Assembly: GCF_964204645.1 (NCBI RefSeq)
Contig: NC_134027.1
Span: 25,816,560 to 25,880,559 of the forward strand
DNA from: Tubulanus polymorphus
Lineage: Eukaryota > Animalia > Nemertea
Reading direction: 5' to 3'
Length of the DNA stretch: 64,000 nucleotides
Shown: positions 39,291-52,060 of the stretch, in pieces
How positions within the stretch are numbered: the first letter of the stretch is position 1
How the letters are laid out: every line of letters starts with the position of its first letter
Translations under genes and position numbers: made by a program
The notes under the pieces: model-generated
What the model saw: only the letters and a program-made list of their open reading frames with translations
Databases searched by the model: none
What the model was told of the DNA's origin: nothing

Positions 39291-39536
39291 TAATGAACGC
39301 TGAGCAGCAGGAATATGAAATATTCACTGCTTTAATACAATTTGAAGCTCAAGTTTTGCTATCGCAGTATTCGGTGGTTTTGTGTGTACAGACTCGTGTA
39401 TATACATATATGTGTCGCAACCCCGCTAATGGCGGTCATCCATTTCCATTACATCTGACCACAGCAGTCCGGTTCGCAGAGAATTCGGTAGATGCTGCGA
39501 AATTTACATGTCAGCAACGAGAGAAAACGAAATAAT

Positions 39537-39670
39537 CACAGGGGCTTGTCATTGAAGTTTGCTGGTGGATAGTAGCTTAGATTCTCCATTATCCCAGCAA
39601 TATATGTGAAAACTATATAAGATGACCCAAGTTACTATTCACCTCCAAACTTCAACGACGAGCCCCAGTG
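39537..39670. mobile_element. Palindromic MITE with CACAGGGGCT-type ends
   Basis: Long imperfect inverted arms; flanks gaaataat and aaaatcat (decayed 8-bp TSD). Confidence 0.6.
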
Positions 39671-41744
39671 AAAATCATATATGTATTGCTTGATCTAGTA
39701 TTCAATCTACTAGATTAATATAATATCTCTTATTTGCTGCATTTATTTCACATATCTTTCTAGACTGATGAAAGGTGGTAGAAACCATTCGAAATATTTC
39801 TATTTTCTAAATTAACTTTTTCGTTCGGTTAGAATCCAACATGGGATTCTTACGTTTTATTAATTACCGTAGTTGAATGGGTGTGTAAATCAGAGGGACT
39901 GTTGTTTATAATCACCGCGCCGTTAGACTTCTTCCTTAGAATTGTCGACATTATTTTCATTATTCGTGTAACGATGAAACGGTGAATTCCAATCACGACG
40001 GCTTCAAACAAGTACCAGAATACTTCAGACTAATTTCACTAGAAACAGCGTCGTCAGTCTGAAGACAGCCTTGGCGTCGTGGGCCAGACGTGAAACACCG
40101 GTTTAAACGGAATATTCATCAGCTATTATACACCTTACCTGGAATCCGAATCGTTCAACAGTTTCTATCGGGAAAATAATGTGAAGTGACGCTTTCATTT
40201 AACAGCGCATACTATAGACTCGTTAAATGGTTCAAGTGTGCTCACTTCCTTCAACATGCGCCTATAGTCGATGGTTCCTTCCTGCTTTTGAAGGTTATTT
40301 TCGTCAAACTGTTGACATTTGAACATGAATCAGAAAATGATTCATTTTGCCTCCGTTTTCAATCACGATTTAGAGAAATTGCGACGTCGAATCGAACGTG
40401 TGTTATTTCACACTGCCGACTCGATCTCATTCCGGGGTTTCGTCACGTTTTGTAGCACATGGAAGTTTAATTAAGTCTGGACGCCGAGATCAATGATCGC
40501 CGAGATCAATGGTCTGATGTGTCTGGTTAGAGAATCTAGATAAGCTCGCTACAAAAAAACCTAAAGAGTAATTTAGATATTTGGTCTTTGACCTCCCGAA
40601 GGCAACATTGGTTTTTGTATTTCAAGCAGAAACGATAAATCAAATTAATAATTCAAACTTAAGTTACATGAAACAATAGAATACACGACCCAGCCTAGAA
40701 ATTAACATCTAAATTATTGACTTTCGACGCTACGACATTTCTGTTTAACCTAACTATATGGAATCTAAGATCAGCCGTATACGTTTCGTAATGTATATCC
40801 CGCATGTTGCTGCCAGACACATGGATAACAGTTCAACCACAGGGTGTCAACAACACTTAGGTGCTAAACGGCTATCTATTGCATTATGTATTCTGTTTCT
40901 TTCAAAATATTTCGAATTTTGCATAGATGAGATGTGTATTTTCGGTCAGAAGATTGGTTTTATCCAGCAATATCGAGTCATAGCGTGGCATAGGACGATT
41001 CCACATTTTGTGTCAACCATTTGGGGGACGACGCTTTATCCAATTTCATCGCCTTTTTCATCCTAAACGTATTCATTCTCGAATGAATTATTTCTTGATT
41101 ATAATTAGTAGATAGGAGGAAAGAGTATTTTATATCTATTCGATCTCTTTATGAACACATGATATGGTTCTAGAAACTCAGACTCGGACTGAATCGCCAT
41201 GAGGTCACTCAGTGGACGGAATTCAACAAGTGATAGGACACGTCGTTGATCACGTGATAGATAAACTATACGCTGGCTCTCATAAAACATTTCCTAACAT
41301 AAATGAAATTCCTTTATAAAAATACTCAATTTTCAGTCATTATCTTCGGGTGGATAACTATAGGAAAATCACGCTATTTTATGCTAATTTCGATGGTATC
41401 CTTGTGTATAATATATATGGATTTGTGTGGATTGATTTCTGAGCTGTACGTTATTTATACGTGGAAATCATGTGTGACATTTTATCCGTACGCCCCTGTA
41501 TCAGTTTGGTCGATACTGGTGGCTTATGTAGGCATCATACCACGAAACATCATCTGAATATTCGTCATCAACGCAATCTATGCGGGTTTTGTAGGATAGG
41601 ATTAGATCCGTTTGCCAAGAGATTTATTACTGAATTTCTGGAAAAATAGCTATAACGCCAACTCAAATAGAGAAGCTACTTTTTATTTCTAAAAAAATTT
41701 GACAAAAAAATCCTTATTCTATTATACCCCACAATACAAAAAGA

Positions 41745-41958
41745 AAATATTTCCTTGAGCTAGTAATATTTATTTCAACGTTTTGACTATATACTAATCG
41801 ACATCTTCAGAAGTACTGAACAAACACAGATGATAACTATCAAGATATAGTCGTAATAAACTACTAGCTCAAGGAAACATTTCTGACTAGAGTTTTTTTT
41901 CGTATAACGGGATTTTTACCGTATTATCGTTTCGACGCGGACTCAGAGTGTTTTATCA
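41745..41958. mobile_element. Hammerhead repeat family A, head-to-head pair
   Basis: ttccttgagctagt...caacgttttgactat...catcttcag, then gataactat...tagtcg...ctagctcaaggaaacat...ggactcagagtgtt. Confidence 0.65.
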
Positions 41959-42181
41959 CGATTAAAAAATGCTAAGTTTCCCGTTGAAAACGTTGATAAC
42001 CAACTTGTATACGTAAGCATGCTTCTACAGTGCATCGAATAGTTTTCGAGAATATATTCATAATTCAAAACGTATCCATACGTGCCTCAATATAATTCAA
42101 ACGTTTATGACGGATCAAATTTCTACGCAAAAAGTGATACTTCTACACAAAATGCATTTAATAACATATGACTGTACATAC

Positions 42182-42342
42182 CACAGGGGCTCGTATCAGA
42201 GTTGTAGGTAATGTAAAAACGATAATCTGTTAATCCAATGTATATAGTATATATAACATAATTTATTTTATGTATACTATCGACATTGGATTAACAGATT
42301 ATCGTTTTTACATTACCTACAACTCTGTTACGAGCCCCTGTG
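42182..42342. mobile_element. Near-perfect palindromic MITE with 8-bp TSD (GTACATAC)
   Basis: ~60-70-bp inverted arms starting CACAGGGGCTCGT; gtacatac at 42174-42181 and 42343-42350. Confidence 0.8.
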
Positions 42343-44483
42343 GTACATACTCTGACATACTGGATCAAATACATGTGCATAATATCAGTAATAAATTGTT
42401 CTTAATGGTTAAAGGAAATTCAGTTCGTAAGAAGATATGCAAATTTATTATTTGTTTTTAAGGTGGTTCCGCGATAATGTTGCGTTTATGCGACAAGTGT
42501 AATAAACTCACTTACCAATGGTGGATAGAAAAACGACAGTCACTGTAATCCAAACGAACCAGATACTTTTTTGTTCCATTCTTTCCTGTATTTGAAACCG
42601 TTGTTTACATTTGCCGTAGAAAGGCTTATAGTTCGTCTGCGCGAGTAAATCCGGGTTTTAGCGACGTATTCCTACGCGCCTGATGGGATGACGAATAATG
42701 GCGGCAACTCGGCGCTCGCTGCGTGGCAGACACACGGCTCGGTATCCTTAGTAACTGATGGTTCTGTGAATTGTCGAGAGAAACCTCCTCTCGATTCGTT
42801 CTTCTACTCGTATTGAGTCGATAAACTCCAAATTTAGCGCGGAAATGAATTTGCCCGCGAGGTTCGCATGCCAAGAGCGACATCTTTCAAGATGAAATTG
42901 AATTTGTACGTGTGTGCATCGTGGCATTTCTTGTTCTGCAAATACTTGATCGATCTAGAGTATTTTTAAAGCAAATTTCCGAATCGTGGACATCCCCGAG
43001 GTCGGGGCGAGGGTGCGAACAACATAGTGCACTTCAGGCCATAGTGATAGCGCCCTTTTTTCAAGTGAGGAAAAATATGTTTTCTCATTTCATGAATTAC
43101 GCAATTTTCCACTATGACAAAAATTAAGATCTAAATAGTTTATTTCGCAGCAGGTATACAGCTTCAGTCTCTACAAAACAAACGTAATTGTACGTATTAT
43201 ATTATATCCGTATTGAATACCCATGCGAAAATATCAATACCCAAAGTTCTGCACGCTGCTATCTCTCGTGACTTAATTCATTTATTTGTCGTTCTTAATC
43301 AAATCGTTGTCGACAACCACCCGTTGCGCTAGATGGCGCATTCGACTGTGGTTTGCCAATCGGGCAAAAGACACGAAGTGGATATGTAGCAATTTCCGAG
43401 TCTCTGCTACAAGAAGTGACAATATACAGTTTATTGCCTGTTTGTGACAAAGTTTCTCATTTAATGCGTGGTTTATTGTGTCTGTTCTTCAACCCGCCGC
43501 ACACGAGTGAAAATAGGAGTACACCGCACACGTACCGCACACGTACGCCGCATCATGTAAAATGATAATTCTAAAACACATTTTGCACGAATCGCCAAAA
43601 TACGTTAGTCTCTACACGTCCCACAATTCACCAAGCTCCGCGTGACGTCATGCGTGATTGGTCACCGGCAGTCAATCAGCTGAGCCCCTGGTGGAGCGGT
43701 TGGTGTCATCGGTTTCGAATCCCGGATTCCCAGGTTTACGCACACTGGCACACCCCCATACGACTATCGATCAACAAACCACATCGCAGTAGATATTTCC
43801 TGCAATTTTTTTTTTTCATTTTATCTCATTGCTGTCAGTTGTTAAAGATGCTTCAATCTTTTGTATTTTTGCCAACCCCTGACCCTGAAAGTGCCATGTT
43901 TGGTAATTTTCGCTTAGTTCACTAATGTAACCGCAACGTAGTGAAAATTACTAAACACGCGCTTGCCGCAGCATTTGTGGGGGCCTTAAGATATTTTTCT
44001 AATTCAAAGTAATTTATCACATTTTGGAGATCGTTGAAAGCGGTATTTTCACGCGGCGGATAGTGAGTCAATGAACGAGGCGATAATTACCGTAATTAGC
44101 GACCGAACAGTAAATACGTGGTTCGGTCGCGAGAGGGTTTTATTGCTTTCGTGAAAGCATTCAATAAGTCATGATCGCCGAATAATATCCTTTACTTCTA
44201 TAAATCCCACTGATTCATATACGCGCAGTGAAGAACGATTAATCATCACTATTAATAATATCGTTCACAGCACGATCTTAGATTCATTCAATTTCTATCG
44301 AATTCTACGCACTGGGTAAATATTAATATAGACCGTTTTTATCGACGCAAAAGTTGACTTTGTGAGAACATGCCCGGAATATTGGCCGACCCCACAAACA
44401 GAAACATCGGTCAACGTCATTCAGATATTACGAGTTCGTACGAGGCAACATTCGTTGATAGCTTCAGATCGGATCTAGTAATC

Positions 44484-44608
44484 GCGAAGATGACTATCAG
44501 AGTATAGTCGAAACGTTGAAACTATAGCTCAAGGAAAAACTCTGGACTGTGGGGTTTTTATCATGTAAATCATCCTTGCAACACGGACTCATAGTGTTCC
44601 ATCAACGG
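44484..44608 (+). mobile_element. Hammerhead repeat family A copy
   Basis: gaagatgactatcagagtatagtcgaaacgttgaa...agctcaaggaaa...caacacggactcatagtgttccatca. Confidence 0.65.
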
Positions 44609-45196
44609 ACGCATAGTTATCATCAGCTATTAAAACTATAAGTCTTTCTTCTTTTCCAAACAACAAATTACATTGTATAAGATTATGTTATGAGGGTTTT
44701 ACAGATTGATGAAGTAGTAGTTTGTTAAATAAGACCAAATTCCACAAAAAGAGAAACAAATCTGAAAAGTTTCCTTACAATAGACGAACCTCTAAAACTA
44801 TCTTAAATGTTGAAAAAAAATGTTTCATAATTTTCTTTCATATTCATCATGATATGATTATTATGTATTACGTATGAACTTCCCTCTGGCAGACGTATAC
44901 TTTACGGAAATTTGTACAATCGTCAAAAGAAACTGAACAAGTATAAAAATGAGTTGTCGAACTCGAGAGGGATTTCAATAACACAGCGCGCACGTGTTTG
45001 TAAGATATATATTGACAGAGAGATAGTAAAAAATCACTCTTCGTGAATCAATGAACGACACTACTCAAACATTGCGCACCACGTGACCGAACGATCTAGA
45101 CCAATCGGCGCGTCGTATCGATACGACTAGCCCGGGACACAGTATTTGGGCTCGCGTGTGTTGTAAGACGTATACAGGAAAATAACCGGACGATGG

Positions 45197-48100
45197 ATGA
45201 AGACACTGAAAATACTTAGCATGGGAAGATTGCGTCGGATCTATAGTTTGATCATTTACGCTACTTTATTGACCTGTACGCGACAAAATTGGCTGTAAGT
45301 ACAACAAACTCATTTATCCATGACGGACATTCAGAAAAATATCATTTCCGAATAAAGTTCAGTTGTAGTATTTCAGTTTATTGAAATGAATTCACTATTC
45401 TAAGTCTCAATTTGTATTTCTAATTCAATTTTATTGGAGTTTATTCCAAAGTGTTCACTGTGTTTCTAATTCAAGTCACCATTTGATGAATGAAAACGAT
45501 ATCATGGCAAATCATGTCCAGTTTTCACATCATGTGGTTATCACTGTGGTTTTATATCAATAGATTTCTGGGACCAGTTCCAAAGTTGTGAGTTTAGATT
45601 CGAATCAGAGTTAACTCATTGAAAATTAACTATTTTCCCTATGAGTAAACTCTTAACTCACAACTGTGGAACTAAAATCGTGGTTGGTGATAACATTTTA
45701 CAATACGCGTTTATTCCTGCAGTTTCAGTAACAAAAAAAAAGAGTAATCTTTTTCTTCAATGTTTTACAATCAGTTGTATTTACGCAACAAGAGACTGAG
45801 GCAAAGCCAGATATAATGGTGCTATGGCCAGGCAAGGATGAATGCTAATATCTCATCATGGACTCTAAAACAAATTCGTTATTTAGAGTCCATGCTCAAC
45901 CTATACACCACACAAACATTACATTTCTTATCTAACATATCTGATATAGTAATATGGGAAAATAAAAAAAAACCTAGGAACTAGTATCTAGTTTATGCGT
46001 CCATGCGGTGAAACCGTCTGTCCTCAAACATTTACGGCGGAAATGAGTCGTAAAAAACAATTAACAGGACGATAATTCGTCGCGATGAAGCTTTGATAGC
46101 GTTAGTCAGAGAGTCGGGATAACGACCGGATTTTACCGAAGATTTATGTCGTAGTTTTAACCTGTGAATCAGTCACCGGATGCGGCGGGTAGAATTGATC
46201 TATTTACCTGTAGGTTTTTATTTTCATTTTATCACCGTATGCTGAATCATGCATCGAGTCAGAATCTTTACCGATTCGAGTTCATCACATCGCTTATAGG
46301 CATACACCATGTAGGGTAGTTTTTTTAATATTTGATATTCTGTATCATTTCAGATATCTCGGTGTTGCTTCGATAGCTTCGGCCAACCAAGACGCGTGTA
46401 ATTTGGTGCCCGGATTAGTGCGCCAGCAACAGGAAGTATGTCGGGCGAATCCTCGTGCGATACCGTGTATCGGGTACGGAGCGCGTCAGGGTATCGGTGA
46501 ATGTCAGTATCAGTTCAGAGGTGAAAGATGGAACTGTACGGCTACAAGACAATTCTCAGTATTCGGTCCCATGTTAACCACTGGTATGTGTGTGGTGATG
46601 GTAATATTAATGATCTTATTCGATATCTTACTTCATTAATGGGTTCGAATCCTTGTGGATGCAGTCTGTCAATCTTTCACGTTCTGGTCACTTATCAATC
46701 CGTGGTTCATGGGTGCGAATTCTAGGGGTGGAGACGGAGTTTCGTCGTCGAATTTCCTCTCTGGTATCCCACCCCTCAATTGGGAAACCAGCTAATAATT
46801 CCCGAAGCGTAGGCAAAAGATAGTCTTAATTTCGTGAAGGATTTTCAAAAAATTAATGTACGACGTACATGTATATATTGCTCTAATTAGCCATTAGTGG
46901 TTTATCGATAGATGAAGGACTGTTTCGGATTGCTTTGAAGCAACTGTTAGCTTGTACAAATGAAAACAGCCCAATCGGCCAAAAAAGAATATTAAAGAAA
47001 AAATGGAGAAACAAATTTTTCCTTCATATTGTTTTCGACGGATCTGAATTTGTCTTCGCGTCACTTCGAGCGGATATTATGTAATCATGCGGTTTAAAAA
47101 AAGCTCGTACAAGTCTGGGAAATTAATATCAGACTTTCTTCTAAATATTTTCGTTCCTTTCAGTTCGTTTTTCACTGAGAATGATCAATAGTCAGTAATA
47201 GCAATTAAATTTGACAAATTGCTGTGTGAACTCACCACCTATATGCGGTTATGAATCGCGGTTGACAAAGATAAAGTCGTTCTAACATTTTCAGTTAATC
47301 CCTTTGACCCGCAGGTTACTGATATTGATGAGAAAATGTCGCTACGTTTTAACGTTTTTGCACGATTTACATTTAACAATGCCACGAGCATGAATGGATG
47401 AAATGTGAAATATATGGACTGGCCTAAAAAGACGTTCACTGATCGCGATAACGTGTTCAAGTACTCTCTCTCTCTCCTAAAACGGGCAGTTTTTACACGT
47501 CCTAAAGCGTTTTATCTACGCTGCGAATCTACTGTTTTTATTCATGACTTTGTAATGCAATTTTCAGCGAACAATTCGCTATGGTTTGCCACTTTTTTCG
47601 CCGTCACAATTCACGCACAGCGAAGCCCAATAAATAAAGTGTCAAATACGAACAATCGCGATATAAAAGACAAGTATGTCATTTGTATACACCTTATGTT
47701 CTATTTCAGCGAACATGTGGAGATTGCTTTTTACCTGTTTAATCGATTTCCACCTATTTAGATCCGATATTTCATTGTGCATTATGAATTTCTTCTGCTA
47801 TTTTGCTTTTAAACTTATCGACAAATTCTAGATATTACTATACCTGTAATTCAGGCCGTGGCACTTCAGTTAGTCGTTTTACACGACCCACATTTTTTTC
47901 AAAACAGAAATCAAATTTCGTTTATTCAACTTCGGCTATTATACAGAAAAACTAACATTTCATTTCTTTGCCTAATAAGACAAAAAAAGACGTCAAAATG
48001 TATATTAAATGTTTGCTTGTCTAAACTGTCGTTTCAACAAACGTCAACTTTTTTATTGACAAAGATTCTAATGTAAATATTTAAAAAGTCATTAATACGT

Positions 48101-51100
48101 ATGCAGCCACATATACAGATATTTTATATAATAAGCTAGAATTCCGATTCGAAGATTACATGAACACGATTCCCATTGGATTAAGAAAAGAAAATTAGTG
48201 CAATTTTGTTATGAATCATACTATATTCTGTCAGCGAAGTGTCTACAAATCGTTTAAACCTTTTAAATGTAATTATGATATATCTTTATTTGTTTCCTTC
48301 CTGAGAGACTTTTTTTATAACTGCCTTAAGTAAGTTATGTGTAAGAAGAGGAAAGGGTAATGCTGGGGCGAGCCATATAACAGTTTTGTCAGTAAATCTG
48401 ACTCTAACGGCCCGTAGCGTGAGTAGTATGTGGATGTGCTCGTTTCTAACTCGTTTGGAACTAGGAGGGTCTGATTTTTGAAAACTCTCAAGATTTGATC
48501 CACAGATATAGCCTCAAAGCGCAATGTAACAAAGGTCTTGATGAATTGATAATTACACGTGTTTCGTTCTAATAATTGTGAATGTAAATTCTTATGTACT
48601 TGACTTTGCAGGAGGGTTAGTTCAAACCCCCAAACCCGCGGTACGCTCAGTGGTCCGGACCCCTTCCCTTCCCATTCAGATGGCCCTTTTCGTCAATACT
48701 GAAATCGTTAAAACCTGTTAATTTGAATCTGATCCTCTCATAAATTGCAACCTTTCGTTTGTATTTCTTGAAACATATTTAAAACCGAGAGTGGGACCAC
48801 GCGGAACCCCAATAGAGGCTGCTTTATCCGAGAAACGCTTTTTCTTTTTTTCTGGACCCCGGCCTTCAGATTTCCCTAGATCCGTCCCGATACGGGAATC
48901 TTTGACTCAATCTGTATTGCGTGATAATTATTTGGTGTTTGTTTCAGGTACACGGGAAACTGCATTTATCCACGGGATCACGAGCGCCGGGGTCGTACAC
49001 GCCGTCACTCAATCCTGTAACGCTGGAAATCTAACCGACTGTTCCTGCGACATGTCTAAAGCCGGCATGAGAACCGCCGATGGTTGGCAGTGGGGCGGAT
49101 GCAATGATAACATCAACTACGGAGTCTGGTTCGCGAAAGCGTTCGTCGATGCTCCAGATATATTCGACCCGGTGACTGGCGTCGGGGTCAAAAACATGGC
49201 CAATCTACACAATAATGAGGTCGGGCGACAGGTAATGCATGGACATACGACTCTAAAACGTAAATCCCGCAATTGTAAATTAACGAAAAAAAAGATTATT
49301 AGAAATATTTCGGGTAATCTGAAATTAGCTTTAGACCGAAGAAGAGTGGTTAGTAACCACCCGATATATTTCTGATATTTTTCTAATGAACTTTTAAGTC
49401 AGTATACTGCACCGTGGATAGTGTGATCTAAAGTGATCCATAAGGCTTTGAGGCAACTAATAGCTATTCCCATTGTGTACAGTATATAGCATTAAAGGTT
49501 AACTGTCATTATTTGATGTCTAATTTTCTTTCTCATCATTATTTATGGAATTTCAAATCATCCATAATATTGTGTTAAGACATTTTTTTACGACGAATAA
49601 AAGATTGAAAGAAAATATATATATAACCAGAATCGAGCAGTTCCTCTCTTAAAGCAGATATATTATTCATTACGTTTAAAACGGTTTAAAGAGCACAAGT
49701 GGGTATGAAATATGCGTCGAGAGCGCGCTATTCATGTATAACGTTCATCATAAATTAAATCTACCGCGGATATATAAATTCTTAATTCGGGGTGGCCTTT
49801 TAGACTGACGGAATTATAAACATCGTCCAAATATGAACAAAAGATTTGTACAAACACCGTTAGAAGATAGCCGTGTATAACAAACTATAAAACTGTAATA
49901 TCATTGTGAAAGTCACGCGCGATTCTGACTTTAATAAACACCTGCACGTACGACTAGCACGTACAATCTTCGCCTATATCGCGTTTGAACTTCTCAAACA
50001 GAACCTTGGAAATGATATATACTTTTTTTCAAATGTGGAATATATATCCTGGTTATTAAGTTTATATAAACATGATTATTTCACTGCGGAAATGAAATTC
50101 GTTATTTAGATGTCAACCATTAAAGAAACGCCCGGCTCGTGTTGTAACGGTTATAGATAATCCCACCCTAAGACTCCCCACTCTGATAAAGATAATCCCA
50201 CCCTAAGAATGATGAATAAAGTCCGAAATGTTTCCTTTTCTTAGTACTTTTGAAGATGACCATTGGGATATAGTCGAAACGTTACACTAGCTCAATGAAA
50301 CATTTCCGACTCTTTTTATTCTCAGTGCGCAGTGATTTTATAATCTTTAAAACACACAGTGTTTCATCATTGGTTATAATGAGGACAACATCAGTATTCC
50401 TGAAGATGACTATTGGGATATAGTCGAAACGTCAAATTAACTACTAAAAATAAAAACATTCGGGTTTTGTTTTTCATTCATAGTGTGAGATTTTCTATAT
50501 CAATTTAGATGTATGTTTGCTTATATGATTTTCAAGTCGATTCGCTAATCCGCTAAAAGTTCATTAATGTTCACAACCATTTTGAAAACAAATATTATCA
50601 TCTATTAAAACTAGGATCGTTCGAGAACTCGAGGTTTACATACTCTTCCTTCGTGTTAAGTGTGTCAAAATATTCGCCAGTAAACTGTTTATTGACTGAA
50701 CGTGACTGAAATAAGAACATGTTTCGCCCCTCTCGCTCAACTGATGACAGCTCAATCGTCCGACACAATATCTCGTCGTCAACTTATCTTGATGATGATT
50801 ATAATGATATCTTCGCGTTGAAATAGTTTCAAACGAACACCTGGGGACATTCTTTTTAAAGACCCTTCTTAATTCCGCTAAACAGACAAGAGTGTTTTTT
50901 AGACCTATCCCAACATTTTCAACAGGGATATTTTGAAACTTAGTGCATTTTGATAGAATCTAATACAATTTCCAAGTATTTACGTGACATTAGAATATAT
51001 AGACGTATAGGCCCACGTTTTGTGAAGTTACTTATTAGTTTCTGGTGGAGAAATTGCCCCCAAAAAAAATTGCCATTGTTTTTCAAAAGGGCACGAGAAA

Positions 51101-51731
51101 AATAGCGACAGGAGCACGTGCTCGGTTGCGCTCTCGTCCGGATCCGCACCTGTAAACGAATTCTTGCGGTTATCTCCAAGTTCTTTCTTTTTATTTCAAA
51201 AAATTTGTTTTTGGTATTAATGCTCATGACATTGTTCTTTATCGATGCTTATTGTGTTTCCTACAGGTAATAGTCGATGCTATGAAGTTAGTGTGTCGAT
51301 GTCACGGCGTTTCGGGGTCGTGTTCGGTTAGAACCTGCTGGAAACGGATGCCGCAGTTCAGGCATGTCGGTAACATCATGAAATCGCGGTACGAACAAGC
51401 CGTCCGCGTCGCTCAGAGATCAAAACGTAAACTACGTCGCAAAGATCGCACCAAACGACGCGTTCCCATTCCGAAAGACACGTTAGTATTCTACGAACAT
51501 TCGCCGAACTATTGTAAACGAGATACTAGAAAAGGCGTGTTCGGCACTAGGGGCAGACGTTGTGATAAGAACGCGAAAGGTTCTCATAACTGCGAGGTTC
51601 TCTGCTGCGGTCGAGGATATAACACCGAAATGATACAAACTGTGCGACGATGTCGTTGTAAATTCGTTTGGTGCTGTCAGGTTAAATGTAAAATATGCAA
51701 AACGGTTCACGAAAAATATACATGTAAATAG
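45197..51731 (+). CDS. WNT16: Wnt family ligand, Wnt16 subfamily (4 exons, ~358 aa)
   Basis: Exons 45197-45294, 46354-46583, 48948-49231, 51267-51731 are in frame. Wnt motifs ECQYQFRGERWNC, RETAFI, WGGC, CRCHGVSGSCSVRTCW, SPNYC, CCGRG. NWLYLGVAS, SCNAGNLTDCSC and KRKLRRKDRTKRRVPIPKD resemble vertebrate Wnt16 as I recall it. Confidence 0.9.
50211..50495 (+). mobile_element. Hammerhead repeat family A: tandem dimer (150-nt spacing) with short inverted 5' piece, in Wnt16 intron 3
   Basis: tgaagatgac at 50251 and 50401; second core attcCTGAAGAtGACTATtgggatATAGTCGAAACGTC. Confidence 0.75.
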
Positions 51732-51794
51732 AAAAAGAGAATAATGTACATATCGAAAAAAAAAACGTTTCGTCTTTGTTTTTCGTGTTTTATG

Positions 51795-52060
51795 TGGAGC
51801 GGTGTGGCCGAATTGAGCTTTCGGCTCTCGGATGCCAGGTCGTCGAAGGTTCGAACCCCGTACCTTGCCGAAGTGTCCTCGGGCAAGACACTTATCCTTA
51901 TTGCCTCTCTCCACCCATGAGTTAATGGGTACCTGGCCACGGGGAGAGATGACTGATACATGTTAGAGTATAAAATTGCCGGGGTAATAATACCGAAAAA
52001 TGTAAAACGCTCTGAGCAGCTTCGCTGGATTTAGCGCTATATAAGACATATATTATATTA
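51795..52060 (+). mobile_element. tRNA-derived SINE (CORE-like centre, LINE-like 3' tail)
   Basis: A box tggccgaattg, B box ggttcgaaccc, gtgtcctcgggcaagacactt core, tgtaaaacgctctgag...agcgctatataa tail; second copy at 55096-55355. Confidence 0.8.

Noticed and set aside
46089-46098. TCF/LEF-like CTTTGAT in Wnt16 intron 1
   Set aside because: A single 7-mer is expected by chance; no conservation data
46641-46655. GGGTTCGAATCC tRNA T-loop
   Set aside because: Isolated B box with no cloverleaf; likely a repeat remnant
51795-51870. Possible tRNA gene
   Set aside because: tRNA-derived SINE head, no proper acceptor stem, followed by core and tail
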